DNA of 64,000 nt, from contig JACJWA010000001.1 of NCBI GenBank assembly GCA_020637395.1, positions 1,327,228-1,391,227 of the forward strand, written 5' to 3'. Numbering within the stretch: position 1 is the stretch's first letter; each line of letters begins with the position of its first letter. Source of the stretch: Calditrichota bacterium (lineage in GTDB: Bacteria > Electryoneota > RPQS01). The notes beneath the pieces were generated by a model. That model was not told where the DNA came from. It ran no database searches and was given only the letters and a program-made list of their open reading frames with translations. Below, in pieces: positions 47,027 to 56,571 of the stretch. A program made the translations under genes and the position numbers.

Positions 47027-48259
47027 TTACTCGTGATGAAGCGCCTGGATGGGATCCACCCGCGCCGCGCGCAAAGCTGGATAGAGACCGGACAAGATCG
47101 TTACGAGTCCAATCATTCCTGCGGAGATCAGCATGGTCTTTTCGGAAAGAATCGGAGCAGGAAGCCCCTCAGGGAGTTGCACGCTGTTCATCAGCTCGAT
47201 CATGCCCCATCCTACAAACATCCCCCCGACTCCCGCCACGACCGTAATCACCAAGCACTCCAGAAAGAACTGCTTCACAATGTCCGCCGCGTTTGCTCCA
47301 ATCGCGCGGCGAATCCCGATTTCACGGGTTCGTTCGACCACCGAAACCAGCATGATGTTCATGACTCCGAGTCCGCCGATCATCAACGTGATTGCTCCAA
47401 TAGCCACCATGAGCGCATTGATCGCCGCAAAGACTTTCTCGGTTTCCATGGCGCTTTTGTGCGTGTCCCACAAGCTCAGGGCCTCGGGGTCCTCGGGGGA
47501 GAATTTGTGTACCTTGGCGACAATGTTCTTGAACTCCGTGACCGCAAGCTCGTGCTCGTCCACATTGTTAGGAGCGAAGATGAAATTCCCAAACCAGAAT
47601 CGGTCATAGAGCGCAAGTTGCGTCGTGTAGGGGATCCAGACCACATCGTTGTCCGGTCCGTAATAACTCGAATTCTGTTTCTTCTCTGACTTCCAGCCAA
47701 TGATTAAGAACTCCCGCCCACCAATGAGAACCCGTTCATGGAGCGGATTGGAGTCTTCTCCAAACAGTTTTTTGCGCACCTCGTTGCCAATGACACAGAC
47801 GCGCCTGGCCTCTTTTATGTCGCGATGTGAAATCCATCTGCCGTTGTCCGGAATGACATTGCGCAGCTCGCCGTAGGTCTCCCCCACGCCCGCCATTCGA
47901 GTATTAAAGATGCGCGGTCCCGCGCGCATCTCCGTGCTCCACGCGGAGACTTCCGGCGAAAACGTGAATAGCTGCGCCTTTGCCGCCAACGCTTCGTTGG
48001 TCTTTTCGTCAAACCGAATGGGATCGCCTTTTCGACCGGAGCCCGCCGCCAGACTTTTCCGGCCACCCCACACGATCACGACATCCTTGCCCAACGACCG
48101 GATACCGCTCAGGGAATCTTCAGAGAATCCTGTGGCCAGTCCGGAAAGCAGCATCACCGAGGCGATTCCCCACGTGACACCAAACATGGTCAGCGCACTG
48201 CGCAGACGATTAGCGCGCAGCGTCGCAAAGACCTGCCGGATCAACTCCAGAAAACCCAC
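47027..48259 (-). CDS. MacB/FtsX-type ABC transporter permease (MacB periplasmic core domain + FtsX 4-TM domain)
   Basis: 410 aa. N-terminus LRANRLRSALTMFGVTWGIASVMLL and C-terminal FtsX-like TM bundle (EIGIRRAIGA). Confidence 0.85.
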   Translation of the reverse strand: MGFLELIRQVFATLRANRLRSALTMFGVTWGIASVMLLSGLATGFSEDSLSGIRSLGKDVVIVWGGRKSLAAGSGRKGDPIRFDEKTNEALAAKAQLFTFSPEVSAWSTEMRAGPRIFNTRMAGVGETYGELRNVIPDNGRWISHRDIKEARRVCVIGNEVRKKLFGEDSNPLHERVLIGGREFLIIGWKSEKKQNSSYYGPDNDVVWIPYTTQLALYDRFWFGNFIFAPNNVDEHELAVTEFKNIVAKVHKFSPEDPEALSLWDTHKSAMETEKVFAAINALMVAIGAITLMIGGLGVMNIMLVSVVERTREIGIRRAIGANAADIVKQFFLECLVITVVAGVGGMFVGWGMIELMNSVQLPEGLPAPILSEKTMLISAGMIGLVTILSGLYPALRAARVDPIQALHHE

Positions 48260-48260
48260 C

Positions 48261-49367
48261 TTAGTTCTCCTCTTGCGCGACGGTACCCGCGCTCACGATC
48301 TCTCCCCCATCCAACCCGCTGGTGACTTCAGTCCGGATACCATCTGAAATTCCCAGAACAACGGCACGGTCTTCTGTCGCACCCTGAATTGTGTCGGTGA
48401 CGATTTTAACGAATGCGGAGTCTCCCTTGAAGAACAGAGCCATTTCATCCAGAATCGGTACGTCTTTGCGCTCATCCACAACAATCTTCGCCGTGGCGCT
48501 CATGCCGACTTTCAGCGCTTCCTCTGCGTTTGCGACCTTCGCTTTCACGTTGAACACGATTTGCTGCTCTTTGTCGCTGTAGCGCCCTACCGGTGAGATA
48601 TGATAGATCTCGCCTTCGAAACTTTGCCCTTGATAGGCCTGAACGGTGATGTTGGTTTTCAGTCCGACTTTGAGCTTACCGATGTCCGCCTCATCTACGT
48701 CGCCTCGAAACTCCACTTCCGTATGGTCTCCCATCGTGAGCACGACGGTGCCGCCGGATGCGGATGTCGTCGGAGTCACCGAAGCACCTTCGTCCAACTC
48801 GCGGGTGAAAATCAGGCCCGAGATCGGCGCCAAGACTGTCGTGGACGTACGGACAATCTCCATCCCCTCTTTGTGCTCCCCCATCTTTTCACGTTGAATC
48901 AAAGCCCACTCGGCTTCCGCTGCCGAAAGGCGGGCCTTTGCGCGCTCCAAAGTGCGCTCCGCATCCCGCAGATTCTGCTCCGGTGCAAGCTGCTTGTCCG
49001 CAAGCTCTTTGGCGATTCTTAGGTCGTCCTCCGCCTGATGAACCTCCACTTCCGCCATTCTAAGCTCTTCTCGCGTGCGAACCTGCTCGGTTGGCGAAGC
49101 TTCCGGCGCAATCTCAAACAGCCGCTGGCCGGATTGCACCCAATCCCCTTCTTCGACGTAAAACGTCCGCACTGTCCCGCCCGTCTTCGAGCGAATGTCA
49201 ATCTGGTGGAGTGGCTTGATGCTCCCTGTGGCCACCACAGTTTGCGTCAGGTCGCCCCGCTCCACAGCGCTGAGCTTCAGTTTGGATTTGGCTTTTGTGT
49301 CGTCCTTGCACGATAAGGCGAAAGCGGCGGAAAGTAACAGAAGAAGGGAAATTCTTAGGAAAGTCAT
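48261..49367 (-). CDS. Periplasmic adaptor (membrane fusion protein, HlyD/MacA family), probable lipoprotein
   Basis: Coiled-coil hairpin flanked by lipoyl/beta-barrel segments. The start is probably MTFLRISLLLLLSAAFALSC (lipobox). The ORF extends to 49418. Confidence 0.8.
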   Translation of the reverse strand: MTFLRISLLLLLSAAFALSCKDDTKAKSKLKLSAVERGDLTQTVVATGSIKPLHQIDIRSKTGGTVRTFYVEEGDWVQSGQRLFEIAPEASPTEQVRTREELRMAEVEVHQAEDDLRIAKELADKQLAPEQNLRDAERTLERAKARLSAAEAEWALIQREKMGEHKEGMEIVRTSTTVLAPISGLIFTRELDEGASVTPTTSASGGTVVLTMGDHTEVEFRGDVDEADIGKLKVGLKTNITVQAYQGQSFEGEIYHISPVGRYSDKEQQIVFNVKAKVANAEEALKVGMSATAKIVVDERKDVPILDEMALFFKGDSAFVKIVTDTIQGATEDRAVVLGISDGIRTEVTSGLDGGEIVSAGTVAQEEN

Positions 49368-49430
49368 GAAAACACCATGGTCAAGGGTACTATCACTTTG
49401 AGTCATCTTATCGCCCATTTGTTTCCCCGA

Positions 49431-49460
49431 AAAACAAAAAACCCGCGGTTGGCTGCGGGT
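49431..49460 (-). terminator. Intrinsic-terminator-like hairpin in the leader immediately upstream of the adaptor gene
   Basis: Minus strand: acccgc-agccaacc-gcgggt followed by tttttgtttt. It lies 13 nt upstream of the first in-frame ATG, and no minus-strand gene lies upstream of it. Confidence 0.5.
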
Positions 49461-49587
49461 GGTGAGAGGCGATGTGACCTCCGGTTTGGTGATGTGTGAG
49501 TATTATATGAGTGCAGAAGGAGACTATAATTTTGTATTTCAAACGCTTACACGCTCACAACCGATCTCTAAGCCGGGCCCAAAGCCC

Positions 49588-49616
49588 TTGACATTCCTTC
49601 GGCTGGGCAGTATCTT
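49588..49616 (+). promoter_or_regulatory. Candidate sigma70 promoter of the dcw operon (Pmra)
   Basis: TTGACA (49588..49593), 17 nt, TATCTT (49611..49616). Confidence 0.55.
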
Positions 49617-49661
49617 AGGGGGAGAGTGGTAAGTTTTGGCAAGGATCGGCAAGACCAGCCT

Positions 49662-50129
49662 ATGATTCGGTTACCTTTTGTTGGCACACACTCCGCAGCT
49701 TTGGACGATAAGGGCCGCCTTTCGATCCCCGCGGAATTCAGAAATGCGCTTCCTCAAGAGGAGAAGCTGCATGTTGTGCTCACGATAGGCAGCTCGGACT
49801 TCATCAACGCCTTTCCAGTAGACTATTTTAACACGTTTTACGCGCCTGGCGAAAACGACACCGCTGACTTTGCCCTGGAGGAATCCATTGATCGGGACAT
49901 GATCCTCTTGTCGGAGGCCGCTGTTCGCCCGATTGACGGTCAGGGACGAATCACCATTCCGCAGAACCTTCTCAAACAGGCCAATATGGCTCGTGAAGTC
50001 ATCTTCCTTGGCCGCCAGAAGTTTTTCACGATCTGGAACGCCGAAGCCTATCAGGCTCGCGCAGACCAACTTCGCCTTTCCAAGGCCGATGCCTGGCAAA
50101 TGCTAACCAACAAGAACAAGAAGGGCTAA
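49662..50129 (+). CDS. mraZ: Transcriptional regulator MraZ
   Basis: Two SpoVT/AbrB-like halves with DDKGRLSIP and DGQGRITIP. The ATG at 49662 is preferred over the GTG at 49626. Confidence 0.9.
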   Translation: MIRLPFVGTHSAALDDKGRLSIPAEFRNALPQEEKLHVVLTIGSSDFINAFPVDYFNTFYAPGENDTADFALEESIDRDMILLSEAAVRPIDGQGRITIPQNLLKQANMAREVIFLGRQKFFTIWNAEAYQARADQLRLSKADAWQMLTNKNKKG

Positions 50130-50131
50130 CA

Positions 50132-50356
50132 ATGGGCCTGCACATCCACACGAACCAAGACGCAGATCAAGCTCTGCTTAAGATAGCCGGAGACCTGAAA
50201 GCCGCTTCACTTCGTCAGCTTGAGGCCGCTGTTCAGCACTTTCAGTCGCGCGGCTGCAAGATTATTCGCATCGAACATGACTTCGACGCCCCGGTGCATA
50301 CGTGGGCGCACGAGGTCAGAGATGTCTCCGATCTTATCGCCATCCGTCAGGACTAG
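50132..50356 (+). CDS. Small hypothetical protein (74 aa) inserted between mraZ and rsmH; weak STAS-like pattern
   Basis: The ATG lies 2 nt after the mraZ stop, with GAAGGG upstream. The segment ALLKIAGDLKAASLRQLEAAVQHFQSRGCKIIRIEHDFD resembles the first half of anti-sigma-antagonist/STAS domains. Confidence 0.45.
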   Translation: MGLHIHTNQDADQALLKIAGDLKAASLRQLEAAVQHFQSRGCKIIRIEHDFDAPVHTWAHEVRDVSDLIAIRQD

Positions 50357-50432
50357 CTTCTTGACGGCATCCCGGTGGTTGTCCGCAGCGATCACCGGGG
50401 CAAATTCTCTGTCTGCTCCTTGAGTTCTCAAT

Positions 50433-51353
50433 TTGTCACCGTTGCCTGAGCCCTATCACATTCCGGTACTCGCCGACGAGGTCGTGAAATGGCTGATTAC
50501 CGATGCTGATGGCGACTATGCCGATTTAACGGTCGGTGGAGGCGGACATGCAAAGAGAATCTTGGAGAATTTGGGTCGAGCGGGCAGATTATGCGGAATT
50601 GACCGGGATCAGGAAGCGATCGAGGAGGCAAGGAGGATGTTGCCAGATCGCATCGTTCTGTGGAATATACGATTCTCTGACATTGCGAGCAAGCTCTCAG
50701 ACTGGTCAAATGACGGTTTTTCTGGATTTTTGCTCGATCTCGGAGTCTCGTCGCATCAACTTGATGCTGCAGAACGAGGGTTCAGCTACCGGTTTGACGG
50801 TCCGCTTGACCTGAGAATGTCCGCCCACGCTGGCGAATCCGCCAGCGACCTCTTGGCTCGGCTCACTGAGACCGAGTTGCGGACGCTCCTCAGGAATCTG
50901 GGAGAAGAGCCGCAGGCGAATCGAATTGCGAGAGCAATCCTGAGATCTCGCGCCGCAGCCCCGATCACGACGACAGGACAGTTGGCCAGCATCATTCGCC
51001 ATTCTGTGCCTGCCACCGCGCATAAGTCCTTGCCGCGAGTCTTTCAAGCGCTTCGCATCGCGGTGAACAACGAGTTAGAAGAACTTGATCAGGTTCTCAC
51101 TGATACATGGGAATTGCTCCGGTCCGGCGGCCGACTGTGCGTGATCTCCTATCACTCGCTTGAAGACCGGCCCGTGAAAAGATTCATGCAGAACAAGGTG
51201 CATCGTCCTGCTGATCTCGCCTTGCCCTTCGCACCTCCCCCACCTGCCCTTGGACGTTTTCCCGTTCGAGGTCCAGTCCTTCCAACAGCTGAAGAAATCG
51301 CGCGAAACTCGCGCGCTCGCAGTGCCAAACTGAGAGTCATCGAGAAAATCTGA
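50433..51353 (+). CDS. rsmH: 16S rRNA (cytosine1402-N4)-methyltransferase
   Basis: HIPVLADEVV, DLTVGGGGHA and ISYHSLEDRPVK motifs. The TTG start is as listed and its exact position is uncertain. Confidence 0.9.
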   Translation: MSPLPEPYHIPVLADEVVKWLITDADGDYADLTVGGGGHAKRILENLGRAGRLCGIDRDQEAIEEARRMLPDRIVLWNIRFSDIASKLSDWSNDGFSGFLLDLGVSSHQLDAAERGFSYRFDGPLDLRMSAHAGESASDLLARLTETELRTLLRNLGEEPQANRIARAILRSRAAAPITTTGQLASIIRHSVPATAHKSLPRVFQALRIAVNNELEELDQVLTDTWELLRSGGRLCVISYHSLEDRPVKRFMQNKVHRPADLALPFAPPPPALGRFPVRGPVLPTAEEIARNSRARSAKLRVIEKI

Positions 51354-51356
51354 ACC

Positions 51357-51716
51357 ATGTCCACGCTCACAGCCCCCGCAGCACTCTATCGCCCGAAACG
51401 GTTGCCGCGCGTCTTGCGACGCCAAGCGGCGCTGATTCGATTGCTGTCGGTGTTGGGTGTCTTGGCCGTGATCGGACTTTTTGTTGCTTGGCGAAACTTC
51501 ACGTATCAGCAGCTCACGATTGACACGGCTCGTCAGCGTTCCCAAATCATGCAGTTGGAAGAAGAGAACCGACACCTGAATGGCCTCATCGAGGCGGCGG
51601 CACCATATCCCGACGTGGCGAACTGGGCACAGAAGACCAGGGGTTGGAAGGCCCGCAAAGAACGTGTGGACACCGTGTTCGTGAAGTCCACGATCAGCGG
51701 AGGGGTGGCAAAGTGA
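51357..51716 (+). CDS. ftsL: FtsL-like small bitopic cell-division protein
   Basis: 119 aa. A single TM helix (LLSVLGVLAVIGLFVAW) followed by a coiled-coil-like segment. Position between rsmH and ftsI. Confidence 0.65.
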   Translation: MSTLTAPAALYRPKRLPRVLRRQAALIRLLSVLGVLAVIGLFVAWRNFTYQQLTIDTARQRSQIMQLEEENRHLNGLIEAAAPYPDVANWAQKTRGWKARKERVDTVFVKSTISGGVAK

Positions 51717-53749
51717 ATCCAACTCCTCCGAAACACGTCTTTGCCCTTCAACCGACCAGAAAGACCGGCCGCGAACGAATCATTGCGGTCATGTTCTTCG
51801 TTGTTCTGTTCACATTTGCCGCGCGTCTCGTCCAGTTGCAGGTTGTCGAGCACAGCCGCTGGTACAGTTTGGCTCAGGGACAGATGCTTGATCGTGCGCG
51901 CGAGTCCATGCCGCGAGGAGAGATCAGAGATCGCAGCGGACTACCCCTTGCCGTGACTCTGCCGCTTTCTTATGCCGTTGGATTCCGACCGCATGAGGGG
52001 ATTGATCGCGACTTTATTGCGGCTGAGCTCGGAAGGTATCTCCCCTACCCCGATTCCATGATTCGGACCAAGATGGAACGATCCACCTACACGTATCTTG
52101 CGCGACTGGTGGACTGGCAAGTCAAACAGGACATAGATTCTCTCCATTTGCCGGGTATTGAGTTTGTCAAGGAAGCAAGACGGAGCTACCCCGCGACGAC
52201 TGCGGCAAGTACTGTCGTCGGATTTTCTAACGTGGATGGTGTCGGGCTTTCCGGTATTGAATTGTCGCTTGATTCGCTGCTCTGCGGAGACCGCCGCGAA
52301 ATGGTTGTCTGGAATGATGCCCGCCGCGCCGTACCCGCAGTGATGAGTCCCTTGGACGACGATAAAGCGCATTCGGGCGCGAACGTGTTCCTGACCATTG
52401 ACCTTGAGCTCCAGTCCATTCTCGACCGCAGTCTTGCGCAAGGCCTGGACGGACGCACCTATGAGCGCGCCTGCGCGGTGTTGATGGACCCCTTCACGGG
52501 CGAAGTTCTTGGACTATCCACTCTTCCCACCTTTGATCCCAACGCCTATTCCGACTATTCGAATGGTGAGCGCCGCTGCTGGCCTGTCACCGACCTCTTT
52601 GAGCCCGGCTCAATCTTCAAGATCGTTACGGTTTCCGCCGGACTTGAAGAGGGAGTGGTTACCCCCTCGACCATGATTGACTGTGAAGGCGGCGCTTACC
52701 GTGTTCCTGGAAAAGTCCTGCACGATGCGCACTCTTACGGGGTTCTGTCCCTGGCCGAAGTATTTGCCAAGTCATCCAACATCGGATGCGCCAAAGTCGC
52801 TGAACGTCTCCGCGCCGAAACGTTTTACTCGTGGATTCAGAAGTTTGGATTTGGCACAAAGACCGACGTGGGTTTGGCCGCTGAACCGTCCGGACTCGTA
52901 CCGAAACCCGCTAACTGGAGCGGACCGACGAGATCCAATCTGGCTATTGGACAGGGAGTTTCCGTCACGGCTCTGCAGATTGCCGCGGCATACTCCGCCA
53001 TTGCCAACGGGGGCATGCTGATGCAACCCAAGTTGATCAAGGCGCTCGAATTCCCCACAGGCGAATTGGTCTCGTTTGATCCGGTTGCACTGCGCCCAGT
53101 CATGAGCAAAGAACATGCTCAAGAGATGACCCGATTGATGCAGCAGGTTGTTGAGCACGGAACGGGTGGCGAAGCGAAGATTGAAGGAGTCGCCATCGCT
53201 GGAAAGACAGGCACCGCGCAAAAAGTCAATCTCGAAGCCAAGACCTACTATTCAAACCGCTACGTCTCTTCCTTCGCCGGATTCTTCCCGGCGGATCACC
53301 CGCGCTACGTTTTGCTGGTCGTCGTAGATGATCCACGCGGATCAGGATACTACGGCGGTCAGATTTCGGCTCCCGTGTTTGCCTCGATTGCCCGCGAGAT
53401 TCTGGAAGAGCGGCACTCCTACTTGCTTCCCAAGCCTACTGATACCGACTCTACCGAAGATGTGAAGTCCAAGGCAAACGATGAGCCGGACAGCTCAAAG
53501 TCCGGGGAGTTTGCTTTTGACACAACTCAGTATGTTGGCATACCACTCGTCGACGTTCCAAATGTGATCGGACTGCCGCTGCGACTTGCCGCCGGACGTA
53601 TGCAGGACGCTGGATTGACCGCGACTCTCACCGGCAACGGAATTGTTGTTTCGCAATTTCCACCGGCAGGCGAGCGAATTCCGAAGACGATTGTCTGTCA
53701 GGTTACTGCGCAGCCAAAGACCGCCGCTCAGTATGCCGCTTCTAACTGA
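51713..53749 (+). CDS. ftsI: Penicillin-binding protein 3 / FtsI-type class B transpeptidase with a C-terminal PASTA domain
   Basis: GTG start overlapping the ftsL stop (GTGA). Motifs SIFK, SSN and KTGTA. The C-terminal ~65 aa fit the PASTA pattern (VPNVIGLPLRLAAGRMQDAGL...GIVVSQFPPAGERIPK). Confidence 0.88.
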   Translation: MNPTPPKHVFALQPTRKTGRERIIAVMFFVVLFTFAARLVQLQVVEHSRWYSLAQGQMLDRARESMPRGEIRDRSGLPLAVTLPLSYAVGFRPHEGIDRDFIAAELGRYLPYPDSMIRTKMERSTYTYLARLVDWQVKQDIDSLHLPGIEFVKEARRSYPATTAASTVVGFSNVDGVGLSGIELSLDSLLCGDRREMVVWNDARRAVPAVMSPLDDDKAHSGANVFLTIDLELQSILDRSLAQGLDGRTYERACAVLMDPFTGEVLGLSTLPTFDPNAYSDYSNGERRCWPVTDLFEPGSIFKIVTVSAGLEEGVVTPSTMIDCEGGAYRVPGKVLHDAHSYGVLSLAEVFAKSSNIGCAKVAERLRAETFYSWIQKFGFGTKTDVGLAAEPSGLVPKPANWSGPTRSNLAIGQGVSVTALQIAAAYSAIANGGMLMQPKLIKALEFPTGELVSFDPVALRPVMSKEHAQEMTRLMQQVVEHGTGGEAKIEGVAIAGKTGTAQKVNLEAKTYYSNRYVSSFAGFFPADHPRYVLLVVVDDPRGSGYYGGQISAPVFASIAREILEERHSYLLPKPTDTDSTEDVKSKANDEPDSSKSGEFAFDTTQYVGIPLVDVPNVIGLPLRLAAGRMQDAGLTATLTGNGIVVSQFPPAGERIPKTIVCQVTAQPKTAAQYAASN

Positions 53750-55193
53750 GCTTTCTGAGGCTGTCGGCGGCGAGTTGCGAAACTCGGACGGGACGGAGAC
53801 AGCCAACAGGGTCGCCTACGATTCGCGACGTGTGCAGCCTGCCGACATCTTCGTTGCGATACCCGGCTTCAAGGAAGATGGAGCCCGTTTTGTAGCAGAT
53901 GCTCTGTATCGAGGAGCTTCTGCTGTGATCTGTGAAAGCGAAGCTGCAGACAAGTTGTCCTCTCCTTGTATCGTAGTGGAGAATGCGCGAGCCGCGTTAG
54001 CAAGAGCTGCGTGGATGCTTGCAGGTTTTCCGCAGGAGCGTCTTGGGCTGATCGGTGTGACCGGAACAAACGGCAAGACGACCGTGACGTCAAACCTTGC
54101 GGAGTTGCTGAATCGCTGCGGAGTTCCCACGGGTGTTTGCGGCACATTGGGAATGCACTTTGGTTCTTTGAAATTTGAGAGCGATAGAACTACGGCAGAA
54201 GCTCCCGAACTCGCGAGAGCGTTTTCTGAAATGCTGAACGCGGGTTGCAGTCGGGTGGCGCTTGAAGCGACGTCCATTGGCATTGATCTGCACAGATTGG
54301 ATATGCTGCGATTTGACATCGCGGTGTTTACCAATCTTTCGCGCGATCACCTTGACTTTCACGGAAGTTGGGAGGCTTATCGCGATTCAAAACTCAAACT
54401 ATTTGGTCCGGAGATGCTCAAGGGAACCGCGATCATCAACGCCGACGACGCGGAGTCAGGACACTTCATCAAGTGCGCTGGAAGCAACGCGCTGACTTAC
54501 GGACTGGATTCGGATGCGATCTTCAGAGCGGAGGACGTTCGGTTTGGCACCTCGGGTACATCGTTCTCACTTTTCCACGAAGGCATGCGTCGTGAGGTTC
54601 GCACAGCCTTTATTGGGCGATTCAATGTCCACAACTCGCTTGCGGTTATTGCTTCCGCCTTCGCGCTTGGTGTGCCGCTTGATCAGATTCTGGAAGTCAT
54701 TCGCGGCCTTCAGCCTGTGCGCGGACGCGCCGAACTGATTCAATCCTCCGCTCCGTTTGCAGTTATCGTGGACTACGCGCATACACCTGATGCGCTGATC
54801 AAGATTCTGTCGTCGGTGCGCTCCATAGCCACGCGTAAACTCGTGGTTCTGATCGGAGCCGGAGGCGATCGCGACAAAGGCAAGAGGCCTCTGATGGCAC
54901 AAGCTGCGGAAGAACACAGCGACGAAGTCTACCTGACCTCTGACAATCCCCGCAGCGAAAACCCGAACGCGATCCTTGACGATATGAAGGCAGGACTTGA
55001 ACATCCGGAACGTGCGCGAATCGTTGTTAACCGCCGCGATGCTATTCTCGAATCCCTCAGTCGCGCTTCGGCCGGAGACGTGATTGTGATCGCGGGGAAA
55101 GGTCATGAGACCTACCAGGAGATTCAAGGCGTGAAGCTCGATTTCGATGACCGTGCCGTGGCGGAAGAGTGGCTTCGAGAGCACTCGTTCTGA
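53733..55193 (+). CDS. murE: UDP-N-acetylmuramoyl-L-alanyl-D-glutamate--2,6-diaminopimelate ligase
   Basis: GVTGTNGKTT P-loop and the DNPR motif (LTSDNPRSENP), which indicates meso-DAP specificity. Start at MPLLTELSEAV. Confidence 0.9.
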   Translation: MPLLTELSEAVGGELRNSDGTETANRVAYDSRRVQPADIFVAIPGFKEDGARFVADALYRGASAVICESEAADKLSSPCIVVENARAALARAAWMLAGFPQERLGLIGVTGTNGKTTVTSNLAELLNRCGVPTGVCGTLGMHFGSLKFESDRTTAEAPELARAFSEMLNAGCSRVALEATSIGIDLHRLDMLRFDIAVFTNLSRDHLDFHGSWEAYRDSKLKLFGPEMLKGTAIINADDAESGHFIKCAGSNALTYGLDSDAIFRAEDVRFGTSGTSFSLFHEGMRREVRTAFIGRFNVHNSLAVIASAFALGVPLDQILEVIRGLQPVRGRAELIQSSAPFAVIVDYAHTPDALIKILSSVRSIATRKLVVLIGAGGDRDKGKRPLMAQAAEEHSDEVYLTSDNPRSENPNAILDDMKAGLEHPERARIVVNRRDAILESLSRASAGDVIVIAGKGHETYQEIQGVKLDFDDRAVAEEWLREHSF

Positions 55194-55194
55194 G

Positions 55195-56571
55195 ATGAGC
55201 CGCCCCACTCTTGCCTGGCTGCGCGAGCTCTTTGGCCCACGCGATTCGACGGACACGAATGACTCTGCTCCGCTCAAAGTCTCCATTGACACACGCACGC
55301 TCGAAGTCGGCGACACGTTTTGGGCGCTTCATGGTGCGCGGGATGGACATGACTTCGTTCAACACGCTCTTTCCAGCGGTGCACGCGCTGCAGTGGTCAC
55401 CAGAAAGTTTCCGGAACTTGAACCGGCCATGCAACGCAAGCTGATTCGAGTGGACGACACGATGAAGGCTCTGACTCTTGCCGCAACAAAGTGGCGAGCC
55501 GCCATAAAGAGCAGTGTGCTCGGAATCACTGGATCAGTCGGCAAGACAACCACAAAGGATTTTGTCCGTGCCGCGCTAAGCGAACAGAAAACAGTCGGCG
55601 CAACCGTCGGAAACTTCAACAATGAGATTGGTGTTCCACTAACACTTCTAAGCACTGACAGTCTGACGGACGTTTTAGTTTGCGAAATGGGCGCCGCTCG
55701 CACAGGCGATATTGATCACCTTTGCAAGATTGCCAAACCTGACAGCGGTATCATCACTTCGATAGCCTTCGCGCACCTTGAGTCGTTTGACTCGATTGAG
55801 AATGTGCAGTCTGCAAAAGGTGAGTTGTTTCGATACGTCGCAGAGCAAGGAACGGCATTCGTGCCGCTAAATGACGCAAGATGCGTGGCCGCCAGCGGCG
55901 TTTGCAAGCATCGAATAGGATACGGATTCGAACCACGCGGCAGCAACTGGGAGAGTGACTATGTCCAGGGTGAAGATCTCCAATTTGATGACTCCGGTCA
56001 AGCAAGATTCGTTGTTCAAGGTGAGCCTGTCTCGCTTGGCGTGCCCGGCCGCCCTGCAGCTCAAGCCGCACTTGCCGCTATGAGCGTAGCCATGCACCAC
56101 GGACTCACAGCGTCAACCGCCGCTCGAGGAGTCGCCCGCGCCGTACCGACTGCGGGTCGAGCAAGTCTGCACAAGTTCGGTTCTTTGACCGTACTGGACG
56201 ACAGCTACAATGCGAATCCGTCCAGCATGAGATCCGCGCTGGAAACACTTTCTCTTCGTCAAGCCGCGCGCAGGGTTGCCATTCTTGGAGACATGCTTGA
56301 GCTGGGCGAGTTTTCCGACGAAGCACATCGTGAGATTATCGGCGAGCTTGACCGTGCAGGTGTTGCCGTTGCCGTACTGGTCGGACCGAGGTTCTCGCAT
56401 GTGGCTGCTTCAAGCTTCACGCGGGCAAGACTGCTCATCTATCCTTCAGTAGAAGAGGCCCTTCCCTCCCTGCCTCAACTCATCGCACCGAATGATCTCG
56501 TCTTGGTCAAAGCGTCGCGCGGTATGGCGCTTGACCGGGCCGTCAAGAAACTCGAAGAACATTATTCCTGA
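55195..56571 (+). CDS. murF: UDP-N-acetylmuramoyl-tripeptide--D-alanyl-D-alanine ligase
   Basis: GITGSVGKTTTKD and a Mur ligase middle/C-terminal domain. The ATG lies 1 nt after the murE stop. Confidence 0.9.
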   Translation: MSRPTLAWLRELFGPRDSTDTNDSAPLKVSIDTRTLEVGDTFWALHGARDGHDFVQHALSSGARAAVVTRKFPELEPAMQRKLIRVDDTMKALTLAATKWRAAIKSSVLGITGSVGKTTTKDFVRAALSEQKTVGATVGNFNNEIGVPLTLLSTDSLTDVLVCEMGAARTGDIDHLCKIAKPDSGIITSIAFAHLESFDSIENVQSAKGELFRYVAEQGTAFVPLNDARCVAASGVCKHRIGYGFEPRGSNWESDYVQGEDLQFDDSGQARFVVQGEPVSLGVPGRPAAQAALAAMSVAMHHGLTASTAARGVARAVPTAGRASLHKFGSLTVLDDSYNANPSSMRSALETLSLRQAARRVAILGDMLELGEFSDEAHREIIGELDRAGVAVAVLVGPRFSHVAASSFTRARLLIYPSVEEALPSLPQLIAPNDLVLVKASRGMALDRAVKKLEEHYS

